A stretch of 64,000 nt of DNA from Motiliproteus sp. MSK22-1 (GCF_001968815.1 NZ_MIEQ01000049.1:155757-219756); one strand, 5' to 3'. Numbered from the stretch's first letter, positions 49,195-59,573 are shown. Notes: a model not told the origin generated them from the letters alone. Numbers and translations: made by a program.

Positions 49195-49920
49195 TTAGCT
49201 AAAAGCGAATAACTTTATCGCAGCAATAGTGGCCATCAATCGAATCAGCCACTTAAACTGGTTTAGCTTAAGATGGCGTAGAAGTTGGTAACCGATGGCT
49301 GCTCCGACGATGAGTCCGGGTAGACACTGCAAGCTCACTAAGGTCGTCTGCCAGTTTACTAGTCCGAGAAACCAAAGTACTGGAACTTTAGCAAGATTGA
49401 TGATTAAAAACCCCCAGGCTCGGGTGCTCACGTAGGCTTCTTTGGAAAGCCGTTGTTCCATCATAAAAAGACTGAATAACGGACCTGCTGCATTGGCAAT
49501 AAGGCTGACAAAGCCAGCGCATAAACCGGTTATATAGGCTGAAGTGGGGTGGCGCATAAATTTGGCCGGTTTGTGGTCCAGCCATACTCCAAGAACAACG
49601 ATCAAAACGATAGTAATGCCCAGCATCATGGTGAACATCTCTGTATTGATCTCAGAGAGTAGCCAGCCTCCTAGTGCAACACCCACGAAGCCTACTGGCA
49701 GAAGGCGAGCCAATACCGGCCATGCGATATCTTTACGGTACATGGCTATTGCCATTAAATCGGTGATTATATAAATCGGGATAAGTATCCCCAGTGCTTG
49801 TGTACCTGGGAATGCAATCATTAGGACGGGCAGTATCAATAACCCCATTCCCCCAACAGAAAACTTGGAGAATCCAGTTATGAGGCCAGCGGTCAGAAGG
49901 CTTAATAGCGTTATGTCCAA
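49195..49920 (-). CDS. TauE/SafE-family sulfite/anion exporter
   Basis: 241-aa, 7-8 TM protein with a TauE/SafE-like internal repeat. Confidence 0.75.
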   Translation of the reverse strand: MDITLLSLLTAGLITGFSKFSVGGMGLLILPVLMIAFPGTQALGILIPIYIITDLMAIAMYRKDIAWPVLARLLPVGFVGVALGGWLLSEINTEMFTMMLGITIVLIVVLGVWLDHKPAKFMRHPTSAYITGLCAGFVSLIANAAGPLFSLFMMEQRLSKEAYVSTRAWGFLIINLAKVPVLWFLGLVNWQTTLVSLQCLPGLIVGAAIGYQLLRHLKLNQFKWLIRLMATIAAIKLFAFS

Positions 49921-50022
49921 AGTTTAACTCCTGGGGTGTTTTGAATGGCTGCGCTAGCATAGTTAAAAAAATGAGTTCAAGATAACGACATCTTTTGCTT
50001 AAAATGATCGGAAAAAACTATC

Positions 50023-50895
50023 ATGACTAATGATCAATTGCGGTCCTTTGTTGCCGTGGTAGAGCATGGAAGCTTCAGGGCGGCCGCTGAGCATATGTTT
50101 AAAACCCAGTCGACAGTAAGTGCTGCAGTAAGAACCCTGGAGCAGCAGTTTGATTTCTTGCTGCTGAGTCGGGAGAGTTATCGACCGACGTTGACCACTG
50201 AAGGCAAGGCTTTCTACCAGCAGGCAAAGCATCTGCTGGCACAAGCTCAACAACTGGAATTGCTGGGACATCAGCTGGCTCAAGGGGCTGCGCCTACATT
50301 GTCTATATCATTAAGCGCCATGTGTGCTATCCCTCCAGGACTGAAGGCTTTAAAGCGTTTCTGTGATCAATACCCGAAAATGAGGCTTAATATAACGACC
50401 GAGCATTTGTCTGGTGTTTTAGAACAATTGCGAATCGAGAATGCAGATCTGGCAATTGGACCCCATCATGGTTTGGATGGCCGCTATGAGTTTACTGAGA
50501 TAGCCAAGGTTTCGATGGTTACGGTCGCTGCCCCTGGGTATTTAGATCAACCTTCCGGGAAAGAGATCAGTCAACAGAGCATCCGCTCTTATCCTCATAT
50601 ACTGATTTCTGATAGTGGTTCGTCGCCATTGGATCATGTCAATGTGATACCTGGAGGACGACGTTGGTATGTGAATGATTATCAAATGAAAAAAACCTTG
50701 ATGCTGGCAGGCATGGGGTGGGCGCGTATGCCTGAGCATATGATTGAGTCAGAATTAAAGGCAGGAAAACTGGTCCCTCTAAGCATAGAGAACTTTAATT
50801 GTGACAGTCGAGAGCCTGTTTACTTAATACGGTTGCGCCATCAACCTCTGAGTGAATTGGCCAGTGAATGTTGGAAAGCCTTGGCTGGATTATAA
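50023..50895 (+). CDS. LysR-family transcriptional regulator
   Basis: N-terminal HTH (LRSFVAVVEHGSFRAAAEHMFKTQSTVS) plus LysR substrate-binding domain. Divergent from the TauE gene. Confidence 0.88.
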   Translation: MTNDQLRSFVAVVEHGSFRAAAEHMFKTQSTVSAAVRTLEQQFDFLLLSRESYRPTLTTEGKAFYQQAKHLLAQAQQLELLGHQLAQGAAPTLSISLSAMCAIPPGLKALKRFCDQYPKMRLNITTEHLSGVLEQLRIENADLAIGPHHGLDGRYEFTEIAKVSMVTVAAPGYLDQPSGKEISQQSIRSYPHILISDSGSSPLDHVNVIPGGRRWYVNDYQMKKTLMLAGMGWARMPEHMIESELKAGKLVPLSIENFNCDSREPVYLIRLRHQPLSELASECWKALAGL

Positions 50896-51118
50896 TGGTA
50901 GCTGGCGTTATGAGAATAAAATGACTGGAATCAGCTTCATATGTCATTTCTGATGGTTATCAACGGCAATGACTATAAAGCAGCATGATATTTATGGTAT
51001 ACCGGCAGTTATCAATACAGAGAAGTTGTTTAAACATATTGTTGTCCACTGTCTAGGTTTGTGATGAGAAGCTCATGCCTGGAGTGCAGATTCCCAACAT
51101 TTAAGAGGTGTTAAGGCT

Positions 51119-52141
51119 ATGGGCATAATTGATGGACTAAAGCGGCAGTTACGGTCGGTTATTCAGTGGGATACTGATGACAATGAATTGTTGTTCTATC
51201 AATGGAGCGACAATGGCGATGAAATAAAAAATGCTTCCAAGGTTGTTGTTGGCCCAGGGCAAGGCTGCATCTTCGTATATCGCGGTAAAGTTAAGGGAAT
51301 GCTGCATAAAGAAGGGATTTATCCTATAAAAACAGCAAACATTCCTTTTATCACCACGTTGAGCAAATTCATGCAGTTCTTCGAGAGTGAGCACAAAGTG
51401 GGGATCTACTTTTTCAAGAAAACCAAGATTCTCGATCAAAAATGGGGTACCAGTTCCGTCATTAAATATCAGGACCCAAAATATGATTTTCCGGTGGGAC
51501 TTAAAGCCTACGGAAATTATAGTTATCAGCTGGCAAACCCTCGTAGTTTTTTTGTTAATGTGATGGGAAGTCGTGATTCTTTTGGCGTTCAGGATCTGCG
51601 TGAAGTGATGTCAAAACGAATAATTCATCCTTTGAGTGACTATTTGGCTGAGAGCAAGTTCAGCTATGTCGAGATTGACGCCAATCGTGAAGAAGTGGCG
51701 CAGGGGATGGCGGAAGTACTACAAGCCGACTTTGATAAACTTGGTTTTCGCATTACTGATTTTCGTATAGAGGGCACTGATTTTGATGATGAGACTCTTA
51801 AGCGCGTCAATCGAATCGCTGATGTGACCGCAGAGGCTTTTGCTGCTGAAAAAGCCGGAGTGAATTTTGCTGAGCTTCAACGACTCGAGGCATTGCGTGA
51901 AGCCGCAGCCAATGAGAGTGGTGCAGCAGGTGCTGGGGTGGGTATCGGTGCAGGTATTGGTTTGGGGCAGCAGATGGCTCAGTCAATGTCAGAAACTGTG
52001 TCAGAGAACAGGGCGCCGTCGAATACATCTGAAGATGATATTCTAGGTAAGTTGGCCAAACTTAAGACGTTGTTTGAAAAGCAACTGATTACCGAAGAAG
52101 AATATGCTGCTAAAAAGAGCCAACTATTGGAAGAGTTGTGA
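51119..52141 (+). CDS. SPFH/Band-7 (Band_7_1-like) domain protein with C-terminal SHOCT motif
   Basis: N-terminal MGIIDGLKRQLRSVIQWDTDDNELLFYQW... matches the MGLFDKIK…IEW family. Gly/Ala-rich linker, then C-terminal LAKLKTLFEKQLITEEEYAAKKSQLL (SHOCT-like). AAGAGG RBS. Confidence 0.7.
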   Translation: MGIIDGLKRQLRSVIQWDTDDNELLFYQWSDNGDEIKNASKVVVGPGQGCIFVYRGKVKGMLHKEGIYPIKTANIPFITTLSKFMQFFESEHKVGIYFFKKTKILDQKWGTSSVIKYQDPKYDFPVGLKAYGNYSYQLANPRSFFVNVMGSRDSFGVQDLREVMSKRIIHPLSDYLAESKFSYVEIDANREEVAQGMAEVLQADFDKLGFRITDFRIEGTDFDDETLKRVNRIADVTAEAFAAEKAGVNFAELQRLEALREAAANESGAAGAGVGIGAGIGLGQQMAQSMSETVSENRAPSNTSEDDILGKLAKLKTLFEKQLITEEEYAAKKSQLLEEL

Positions 52142-52152
52142 AATTGTAGAGG

Positions 52153-52854
52153 TTGTCAGTGGCAAAGTGTCGACATTGCTCCGCTCCGATGAGAGCCAAT
52201 AACCAAAATTGTCAGTATTGTGGCGTCCGAAATGATGTAGATCTGCATGGGCGTCTCAGTTTTCATATGGTTCAGCCTGATTCTGACCGGCTCTGTCCCA
52301 ATTGTGAAAAATCAATGCAGACTATCGATTTAAAAATCGACGGTAAATTCTATATCGAGCGTTGTGTCTCCTGCTATGGGCTATTTTTTGATTCCGGTGA
52401 GATAGAGGATGTGCTTGATCACGGCGTCTCTCATGATAATCATATCAATAATCAGCTGATTACTAATGTTTCAGAAGATCGCTATGAAAGTGGTAAGGAG
52501 ATCAAATACAGAAAGTGTCCGGTGTGCCAAAACTTTATGCTAAGGCGGGCATTCGGATACAGAAGTGGTGTTGTGGTGGATCGCTGTATGGATCACGGGG
52601 TCTGGCTTGATAGCGGTGAGCTGATTCATTTGCTTGAATGGAAGAAAGCGGGTGGACAGATGGCTGATGATAAGCGGACTCGAGAAAAGCTAGCAGCCGA
52701 GCAACGTAAAACAAATACTGCCGATATGAGTAGACTGTCATCAGGTTCATCGTTGCGATCAGGCTCAAGGTATGAATCGAGCAGCGGCTTACCTGATTTG
52801 GAAGATATTGTCGGTGATGCTCTTTCCTCCCTGGTGAACACATTTTTTCGATAG
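52153..52854 (+). CDS. tandem TFIIB-type zinc-ribbon domain protein
   Basis: Three CxxC…CxxC units (CRHC..CQYC; CPNC…CVSC; CPVC…RCMDHG). The latter two are each followed by a W/FxDSGE motif. C-terminus is disordered and Ser-rich. Lies 12 nt after the SPFH gene. Confidence 0.65.
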   Translation: MSVAKCRHCSAPMRANNQNCQYCGVRNDVDLHGRLSFHMVQPDSDRLCPNCEKSMQTIDLKIDGKFYIERCVSCYGLFFDSGEIEDVLDHGVSHDNHINNQLITNVSEDRYESGKEIKYRKCPVCQNFMLRRAFGYRSGVVVDRCMDHGVWLDSGELIHLLEWKKAGGQMADDKRTREKLAAEQRKTNTADMSRLSSGSSLRSGSRYESSSGLPDLEDIVGDALSSLVNTFFR

Positions 52855-53063
52855 TTTAACCGGCAACCGTTGGCTTGAAAGCGGTTGCTATCTGGATAAA
52901 GCAGAGACTAGCTGAAACAGAACTCGCTACCTGAGTGCAGCTGAGCTATTCAGTAATTCGGGTTCAGCTTAGCGCTTGTACCGAAAGAAAGCTGCTTCAG
53001 GACCAGTAAGGATTTGAAGCAGCTATTTCCATGTAGCAATAGTCGACTTAATATCTGACAACT

Positions 53064-53108
53064 ATCAACTTAAAGAATATCAACCTAAATATTATCAACT
53101 AAAGGGTG
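53064..53108. repeat. three contiguous imperfect 15-bp direct repeats (TATCAACTTAAAGAA / TATCAACCTAAATAT / TATCAACTAAAGGGT)
   Basis: Read directly. Overlaps the hemL stop codon and 3' flank. Confidence 0.5.
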
Positions 53109-54379
53109 GCGAAAACCTTTTCGGCTGCATCCAATGTGTATTGGATATCTGCATCGGTATGGGCTGCTGACAGGAAACCCGCTTCATAACTGGCGGGTGC
53201 CAGGTAGACACCAGCATTCAGCATGCCATGAAAGAAGCGATTAAAGCGTTCATTATCGCAGGCCATGACTTGCTGATAGTTGGTAATCTTGGGCTCTTCC
53301 GTGAAAAAACCTCCAAACATGGTGCCCACGTGATTGGTAGTGAATGGAATACCAGCTTTCTCTGCGATTTTTCGCAAGCCTGTTACAAGCTGCTCAGTTT
53401 TGGAAAATAATGGCTGGTAGAATCCCGGTCGACTGATTTGTTCCAGCATCGCTAATCCGGCTGCCATCGCTACTGGATTTCCAGACAGGGTTCCTGCCTG
53501 ATAGACCGGCCCCAGCGGGGCTATATGTTCCATAATCTCTTTGCGACCGCCGAAGGCGCCGACTGGCATACCTCCGCCAATGACTTTACCCAGAGTAGTC
53601 AGATCAGCCTTGACACCGTAGTGGCCCTGAGCACCCTGCAACCCCAAGCGAAACCCCGTCATTACCTCATCAATGATCAACAGACTGCCACTTTGATCAC
53701 AGACCTCTCTCAGTGTTTCCAAAAAGCCTGGAACCGGTGGAACGCAATTCATATTACCAGCTACCGGTTCAACAATGATACAAGCGACCGTATCGCCGAT
53801 TTCCGCAAAGGCCTTTTTAACCCCTTCAATATCATTATAAGTGAGGGTTATCGTGTGCTCAGCCAGCCCAGCCGGTACACCTGGCGAGCTGGGAACACCG
53901 AAAGTTAATGCTCCGGAACCTGCCTTGATCAGTAGAGAGTCGGAGTGGCCATGATAACAGCCTTCAAATTTAACGATCTTATCTCGTCGCGTATAGCCTC
54001 TGGCCAGGCGGATTGCACTCATGGTTGCTTCTGTTCCGGAGCTAACCATTCGAATCATGTCTATATGAGGAAGCAGATCACAGATTTTGGTTGCAAGCTG
54101 GGTTTCTATTTCCGTGGGAGCACCAAAGCTCAGGCCCTTTTTCATTTTCTCCATCACCGCTTCGGTGATGCTTGGGTGAGCATGGCCTAGAAGCATTGGT
54201 CCCCAGGACAGCACGTAGTCAACGTAACGTTTGTCATCGGCGTCAAAGATATAAGGACCTTCTGCCCGCTCGATAAATATCGGAGTCCCACCCACCGCCT
54301 TAAAAGCTCTGACAGGGGAATTTACGCCGCCGGGAATAACAGTTTTGGCCTGGTCAAACAGTTTTTCAGATTGGGTCAT
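53099..54379 (-). CDS. hemL: glutamate-1-semialdehyde 2,1-aminomutase
   Basis: Full-length class-III aminotransferase with HemL motifs (YLVDAD…, [11 protein letters not shown]-Lys region). Confidence 0.94.
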   Translation of the reverse strand: MTQSEKLFDQAKTVIPGGVNSPVRAFKAVGGTPIFIERAEGPYIFDADDKRYVDYVLSWGPMLLGHAHPSITEAVMEKMKKGLSFGAPTEIETQLATKICDLLPHIDMIRMVSSGTEATMSAIRLARGYTRRDKIVKFEGCYHGHSDSLLIKAGSGALTFGVPSSPGVPAGLAEHTITLTYNDIEGVKKAFAEIGDTVACIIVEPVAGNMNCVPPVPGFLETLREVCDQSGSLLIIDEVMTGFRLGLQGAQGHYGVKADLTTLGKVIGGGMPVGAFGGRKEIMEHIAPLGPVYQAGTLSGNPVAMAAGLAMLEQISRPGFYQPLFSKTEQLVTGLRKIAEKAGIPFTTNHVGTMFGGFFTEEPKITNYQQVMACDNERFNRFFHGMLNAGVYLAPASYEAGFLSAAHTDADIQYTLDAAEKVFATL

Positions 54380-54502
54380 TAAGCTGTCCTTCGTTTTCTA
54401 CTTAATAGCCAGTAGCCGTATTTATCCACGTATTTTTTGTAAATACGGCTTCTGACTATTACTTTTGTTGGTCTCTATATGAGTTATGCTCAGCTTTTAT
54501 CG

Positions 54503-55141
54503 TTATTGGCTGAATATGTGGGTATATTGTTGGGCTCGCGCTTTTACGTTGTCTGCCGCGAATAGACTGTGAACTACAGCAAGCATGTGGGCACCCGCTT
54601 TAATCAGTTGGTCGGCATTATCTACCCTAATTCCACCTATAGCTACTATAGGAATCTGTAACTGTTGACGGGCGTCATGTAACAGCTCGATGGATGCTGG
54701 CTTAGCGTTGGGCTTCGTACTGGAAGGGAAAAACGCACCGAAGGCCACATAATTTGCACCTTCATCTTGAGCCTGTAGTGATAAGTCCAGTGAATTGTGA
54801 CAGGTGACGCCGATAATTGAGTCTGTTCCGAGTTCGCGGCGGGCCTCTTCTACACTGCCGTCCTGCTGGCCCAAATGGACTCCGGATGCTGAAGCCTCAA
54901 TGGCCAGGTCTATGTCATCATTTATCAGCAATGGCCTGTTGTATTGACGACAGATCTGGACCAATCGCCTGGCTTGGGATAGCCGTTTTATCGAATCCTT
55001 GCTTTTGTCTCTATATTGTATGAGGGTGGCGCCTCCCTGCAGGGCCTGCTCCACTTTGTGGAAAAGAACGTCTTCTGGCATCAGCTGTGCGTCGGTTATC
55101 CCGTAGAGGCCTGCCAGTGGGGATTTGCATGTAGTGGTCAT
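54503..55141 (-). CDS. thiE: thiamine-phosphate synthase
   Basis: LYGITD…, GADYV/GANYVAFG and IPVVAIGGI motifs. ATG 55141 lies immediately after the stop of the upstream ClC gene. Confidence 0.88.
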   Translation of the reverse strand: MTTTCKSPLAGLYGITDAQLMPEDVLFHKVEQALQGGATLIQYRDKSKDSIKRLSQARRLVQICRQYNRPLLINDDIDLAIEASASGVHLGQQDGSVEEARRELGTDSIIGVTCHNSLDLSLQAQDEGANYVAFGAFFPSSTKPNAKPASIELLHDARQQLQIPIVAIGGIRVDNADQLIKAGAHMLAVVHSLFAADNVKARAQQYTHIFSQ

Positions 55142-55148
55142 TGTCAGC

Positions 55149-56942
55149 TTACAGCTCTTGTCGGTCAGTAAAAAATCGGATGATATCATCTCTTAACAGG
55201 ATGCCTCGGAGGGTCGTCCGATTAGTTGCGGATATAAGACTAACAGATGGATTACTATTAGCGGCGATTTTTCTATTGCTGACAATATACAGGACATCTA
55301 CATTGTGTTGATCCAGCGCCCGTAGCGCTTCTTTCAGTGTCGCTGTTGAATGAATAGGAATGAGGTCTTTTCGCAGGCCGGGTATTTCCAGCAGGTCAAC
55401 CGTGTCTGATTCCTGGGGTTGATCCAGATAAAGCTGCAAATCTGCTGCTGATAGCAGTTTGCAAGGCTGTTCATTCTCATCGCTGCTTTCATCGTAAACT
55501 AACAGCCACTCAGTTTCTGCAGTTAATGCGGCTTGGGCATCTTTAACAGAGAGCATTCTGGGCCGTTGCACAAAGTTGTTTCGCATTCGGCTGGTGACGC
55601 TGGCGCGTTCAAGAACTGAATCCAAGGGCGCTCTTCGCCAGTCGAGGCCTCTGGCCACAAGGATTGCCTGGAACACTGAGCCTGCCGGAAAGAACTGTCT
55701 ACAGACAAGACTGGCAGTAACCGTTGCTGCCATTGCAGGGAAGATTACATTGGAGTTGTGGGTCAGCTCTATAACAGCCATTAGTGCTGCCAGCGGGGCT
55801 TGCAGTACTGCGCCCATCATCGCCCCCATTCCCAGCATGGCATAAAAACCAATCTCAGATACGGGGATATCGACCGCATAACCGCCTAGATAGCCAAGGG
55901 TTGCACCAGCTGCTGCACCAATAAAGAATGTAGGCCCGATTAATCCCATTGGAACCCCGAGGCCAATAGATACTGCTGTTATCATCAGCTTTACCAGAGT
56001 GAGCCCCAGTAGCAGTTGCAGCCCCAGGTCTCCGTGAAGTATTTGAGTCACGGAGTCGTAGCCAAGACCCATGATCTGGGGGTAGAACAGCGCTGCTGTG
56101 CCAGTGAACAGACCGGCTAAAATAAGTCTGACAAAGAGTGGAATGCGAACGTTCTTTACTGTCAGCAGGACCGTGTGATTAAACAGCAGTGAGAGCAGGC
56201 CGATAACAAACCCTAAAAATACTACAAAAGGGATTTCAGTCAGTGATGCTAGCTGAAATGCTGGAACTACAAAGGCGGTTTCACTACCCAGGACTAATTG
56301 CATTATAAGTGCTGAAGTTGCTGAAGCTATGGTGACGGGGATAAACCCAATCACTGAATACTCCATCATCACAACTTCCATGGCGAAAATCACACCGGCG
56401 ATTGGCGTATTGAAAGATGCAGATATTGCTGCTGCCGTGCCGCATCCCACTAACATTCGAGTACTATTGTTTGGTAGCTTCAACCATTGACCCAATAGGC
56501 TGCCGCTGGCCGCTCCAAGGTGGACGGCGGGTCCTTCCCGCCCTGCGGAATGACCAAAGAGAATTGCAAGTGCGCCAGTGATAAACTGAACGATTACGTT
56601 AGGCAGCGGTAACTGTCCTTGGTGGTAACCTAAACGTTCGAGCACATGGGGAACACCGACTCGGGAGTGTTCATAGGATACTGAGATTAAAATTACTGCA
56701 ATAATCAGGCTACCGGCAATAGGTAAAAAGAACTTCCATAATTGGGATATAGCTTCGAAATTTTCAGCATCCCCACCCGGTAGCAGCTGTTCCAGTGGCC
56801 AGCTAATTACAAAACGAAATGCCAGGATTATCAAACCGGTAAACAGGCCACAGAGCATTCCAAGTATAACCAGTTGTGGCATTGCCTCCACATGGGCCAG
56901 TCTGTTTCTGAAGTGAGTGATTGAGAGTGAATCCATCCGCAT
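55149..56942 (-). CDS. ClC-family voltage-gated chloride channel / H+-Cl- antiporter with C-terminal CBS pair
   Basis: GSGIP-like selectivity motifs (GREGP, GxFxP) and a polytopic core, then two CBS-like segments at the C-terminus. Confidence 0.88.
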   Translation of the reverse strand: MRMDSLSITHFRNRLAHVEAMPQLVILGMLCGLFTGLIILAFRFVISWPLEQLLPGGDAENFEAISQLWKFFLPIAGSLIIAVILISVSYEHSRVGVPHVLERLGYHQGQLPLPNVIVQFITGALAILFGHSAGREGPAVHLGAASGSLLGQWLKLPNNSTRMLVGCGTAAAISASFNTPIAGVIFAMEVVMMEYSVIGFIPVTIASATSALIMQLVLGSETAFVVPAFQLASLTEIPFVVFLGFVIGLLSLLFNHTVLLTVKNVRIPLFVRLILAGLFTGTAALFYPQIMGLGYDSVTQILHGDLGLQLLLGLTLVKLMITAVSIGLGVPMGLIGPTFFIGAAAGATLGYLGGYAVDIPVSEIGFYAMLGMGAMMGAVLQAPLAALMAVIELTHNSNVIFPAMAATVTASLVCRQFFPAGSVFQAILVARGLDWRRAPLDSVLERASVTSRMRNNFVQRPRMLSVKDAQAALTAETEWLLVYDESSDENEQPCKLLSAADLQLYLDQPQESDTVDLLEIPGLRKDLIPIHSTATLKEALRALDQHNVDVLYIVSNRKIAANSNPSVSLISATNRTTLRGILLRDDIIRFFTDRQEL

Positions 56943-57207
56943 AGTAAAGAAGCTCAGTCAACGAAATTATCATTAATGTTTTAAAGAAAGAGTACAATCA
57001 GGAGTTCCATTCGTCGTAGCCTTCTTTCGCTTTTGCCTGCGGCGACTTATTATAAGCACTTTTTTGGAAGTTCCCTGATTTTTTATTGGGCGATGATCTC
57101 TAAAACTGGCAAGGTTCAGGTTGTCTGAGATTGTTGTAACAGCTTAAAGGGCTTTTATTGATTGTTTGGACCGCGTTCCGACAGTCAGCTTATTGTCAGA
57201 GGTTATT

Positions 57208-58239
57208 GTGATTAAGGTAGGTATTGTTGGTGGTACCGGGTATACCGGTGTGGAGTTGTTGAGACTGTTGTCTCTGCATCCTGACGTAGAGGTTGCAGTT
57301 ATAACCTCACGTTCAGAAGAAGGTGTTCATGTAGCTCAGATGTACCCTAATCTGCGAGGATATGTAGATCTGCGATTCACAGTACCAGATCTTGAGCAGC
57401 TGGCTAGCTGCGACCTTGTCTTCTTTGCGACTCCTCACGGTGTGGCGATGGATATGGCACCTCAACTGATGGAGCGTGGTGTCCGTGTAATTGACCTGGG
57501 GGCAGACTTTCGAATTAAAGACCTGCAGACCTGGTCCAAATTTTACAATATGGAACACACCGCGTCAGAGGCCGCAGCAGAAGCTGTTTACGGCTTACCG
57601 GAAGTTTATCGACAACAGATCCGTGATGCACGGCTTGTGGCGAATCCTGGATGTTACCCCACTGCGGCTCAATTAGGTTTTTTACCTCTGTTGGAGCAAG
57701 GGCTTATCAATAGGCGAAGATTGGTTGCTGACTGTAAATCAGGGGTGAGTGGTGCAGGTAGAGGAGCCAATGTGGGCTCGCTGTTATGTGAAGCCAGTGA
57801 AAGTTTTAAAGCTTATGGGGTTTCCGGTCACCGTCATCTGCCTGAAATAAAGCAGGGATTATCGGAAGCCGTTGGATTCCCGGTAGGGCTGACGTTTGTT
57901 CCCCATCTGGTCCCAATGATTAGAGGGATTCATGCAACTCTTTATGGAGTGCTTAAGGATCCAGTGGATAATCTTCAGCAGATTTATGAAGAGCGTTATG
58001 CGGATGAGCCTTTTGTTGATGTCATGCCAGAAGGAAGTTTGCCGGAAACCCGCTCAGTGAAAGGCGGAAACGTCTGCAGAATTGCGGTATATCGCCCACA
58101 GGGTGATGATACTGTCGTGGTACTTTCGGTGATCGATAATTTGGTCAAAGGAGCTGCTGGCCAGGCTGTTCAAAATATGAACATCATGTTTGGGCTGGAT
58201 GAAAAAGCCGGGCTGAATATCGTTGGTCTGATGCCTTAA
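57208..58239 (+). CDS. argC: N-acetyl-gamma-glutamyl-phosphate reductase
   Basis: [21 protein letters not shown] is the N-terminus of Pseudomonas-type ArgC. GTG at 57208 with an AGAGG RBS; the ORF-track start at 57166 is an extension. Confidence 0.9.
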   Translation: MIKVGIVGGTGYTGVELLRLLSLHPDVEVAVITSRSEEGVHVAQMYPNLRGYVDLRFTVPDLEQLASCDLVFFATPHGVAMDMAPQLMERGVRVIDLGADFRIKDLQTWSKFYNMEHTASEAAAEAVYGLPEVYRQQIRDARLVANPGCYPTAAQLGFLPLLEQGLINRRRLVADCKSGVSGAGRGANVGSLLCEASESFKAYGVSGHRHLPEIKQGLSEAVGFPVGLTFVPHLVPMIRGIHATLYGVLKDPVDNLQQIYEERYADEPFVDVMPEGSLPETRSVKGGNVCRIAVYRPQGDDTVVVLSVIDNLVKGAAGQAVQNMNIMFGLDEKAGLNIVGLMP

Positions 58240-58415
58240 AAGGTTGGATCTGCTTGAGAGCCATATCCGTTTGGTCCATAACTGATGTTGTTATTATCTG
58301 GTAAAGAAGACTAGTCGCAGCGAGTTTGGTGTAGCTCTTAAGTAAAATACTTGAGTAAAATGCTTGGGTACTGGCATAATGTATTCAGTAATTGCTGGTA
58401 CCTGTTGGAGGTTTC

Positions 58416-58769
58416 ATGAGTGCGGTTGAAGAATATGTTGCGGAGGCATTGGTTTTTACCGATGCTGCGGCTGCAAAAGTGAAAGACCTTATCGAGGAAG
58501 AAGAGAACGACAACCTGAGGTTGCGGGTTTTTGTTACCGGGGGTGGATGTTCTGGATTTTCCTATGGTTTTTCTTTCGATGAAAATGAAAACGAAGACGA
58601 CACCAAGGTGGTTAATGACGGTGTTACCCTGGTAGTTGACCCTATGAGTTTTCAGTATCTGGCCGGTGCTGAGGTCGATTATAAAGAGGGCCTTCAGGGA
58701 TCTCAGTTTGTGATCAAGAACCCTAATGCTACAACGACTTGTGGTTGTGGATCCTCTTTCTCCATATAA
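58416..58769 (+). CDS. erpA: iron-sulfur cluster insertion protein ErpA
   Basis: A-type carrier motifs (…GGGCSGF…, C-terminal CGCGSSF). ATG at 58416 with a GGAG RBS. Confidence 0.92.
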   Translation: MSAVEEYVAEALVFTDAAAAKVKDLIEEEENDNLRLRVFVTGGGCSGFSYGFSFDENENEDDTKVVNDGVTLVVDPMSFQYLAGAEVDYKEGLQGSQFVIKNPNATTTCGCGSSFSI

Positions 58770-58805
58770 GCTAGCTTTCGCTTTGAGTTTAATCTACTAA
58801 GTTGC

Positions 58806-58846
58806 TGGATACGATTCCGTTTTTAGGATCGTATCCGGTTTTATTT
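58806..58846 (+). terminator. rho-independent terminator after erpA
   Basis: GGATACGAT-tccgtttttagg-ATCGTATCC followed by GGTTTTATTTTCG. Confidence 0.8.
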
Positions 58847-58954
58847 TCGCCGACCTGTTTGTCCGCTTTTAGTCTCACGATATTTTTTCTGCTTTACCTG
58901 TAACGTTTTCCTGTTATTCGTACTCTTGGTTATTAACTTCGAGAGGATCAATAG

Positions 58955-59554
58955 GTGAATTACGCTCCTTTTCAAACCCAGAATCGTCGAGCCTTTCTCA
59001 AATTATTGGCTGCCCAGTTACCAATAGCCGGAGCTCTTTGGGCCGGCTCCCTCAAGGCTTCAGCTGCGGGAAGACATGGAATTGAAGGGCAACAGGCCCC
59101 TCCATTGAATCTGGACTATTGGATCGATGGCGATGGCAAGCGGACTCGGTTTGATATAAAGAGCACCGAAGGAAAATGGGTATACCTCAAATGTTTCCAG
59201 AACTGGTGTCCTGGATGTCACAAGTATGGTTTTCCGGCTTTACAGCGGGTTCAGCAAGCCTTTGGCAGTGATGACCGAGTGTCAATCCTGGCTGTTCAAA
59301 CGGTGTTTGAAGGCTTTGCCATTAATTCGAAAAGCAGTCTAAGAGAGCTGCAGTTGCGCTATCAGTTGCCTGTTCTGATGGGGCATGATGCGGGTGATCC
59401 AAACGGAGATCACTTTCCTCAGACGATGAAAAATTACCGAACCGGTGGTACTCCCTGGGTTGTTATCATTGATCCCAGTGGAAAAGTTGTCTTCAATGAA
59501 TTTCATATTAATGCGGATGGTTTTATTGAATATTTGCAAGGAGTGCTTTCTTAA
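58955..59554 (+). CDS. Tat-signal thioredoxin-fold (redoxin/TlpA-like) periplasmic protein
   Basis: Twin-arginine motif NRRAFLKLL with AxA cleavage region; thioredoxin-like active site WCPGCH. Confidence 0.7.
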   Translation: MNYAPFQTQNRRAFLKLLAAQLPIAGALWAGSLKASAAGRHGIEGQQAPPLNLDYWIDGDGKRTRFDIKSTEGKWVYLKCFQNWCPGCHKYGFPALQRVQQAFGSDDRVSILAVQTVFEGFAINSKSSLRELQLRYQLPVLMGHDAGDPNGDHFPQTMKNYRTGGTPWVVIIDPSGKVVFNEFHINADGFIEYLQGVLS

Positions 59555-59573
59555 CACTCTCAGGCTCTACTGG

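Noticed and set aside
54380-54502. 10-bp stem hairpin GCCGTATTTA…TAAATACGGC between thiE and hemL, considered as a TPP riboswitch
   Set aside because: No THI-box consensus (CTGAGA…) is present. It lies between two co-directional genes and lacks a U-tract. Probably an mRNA-stability or weak attenuator hairpin.
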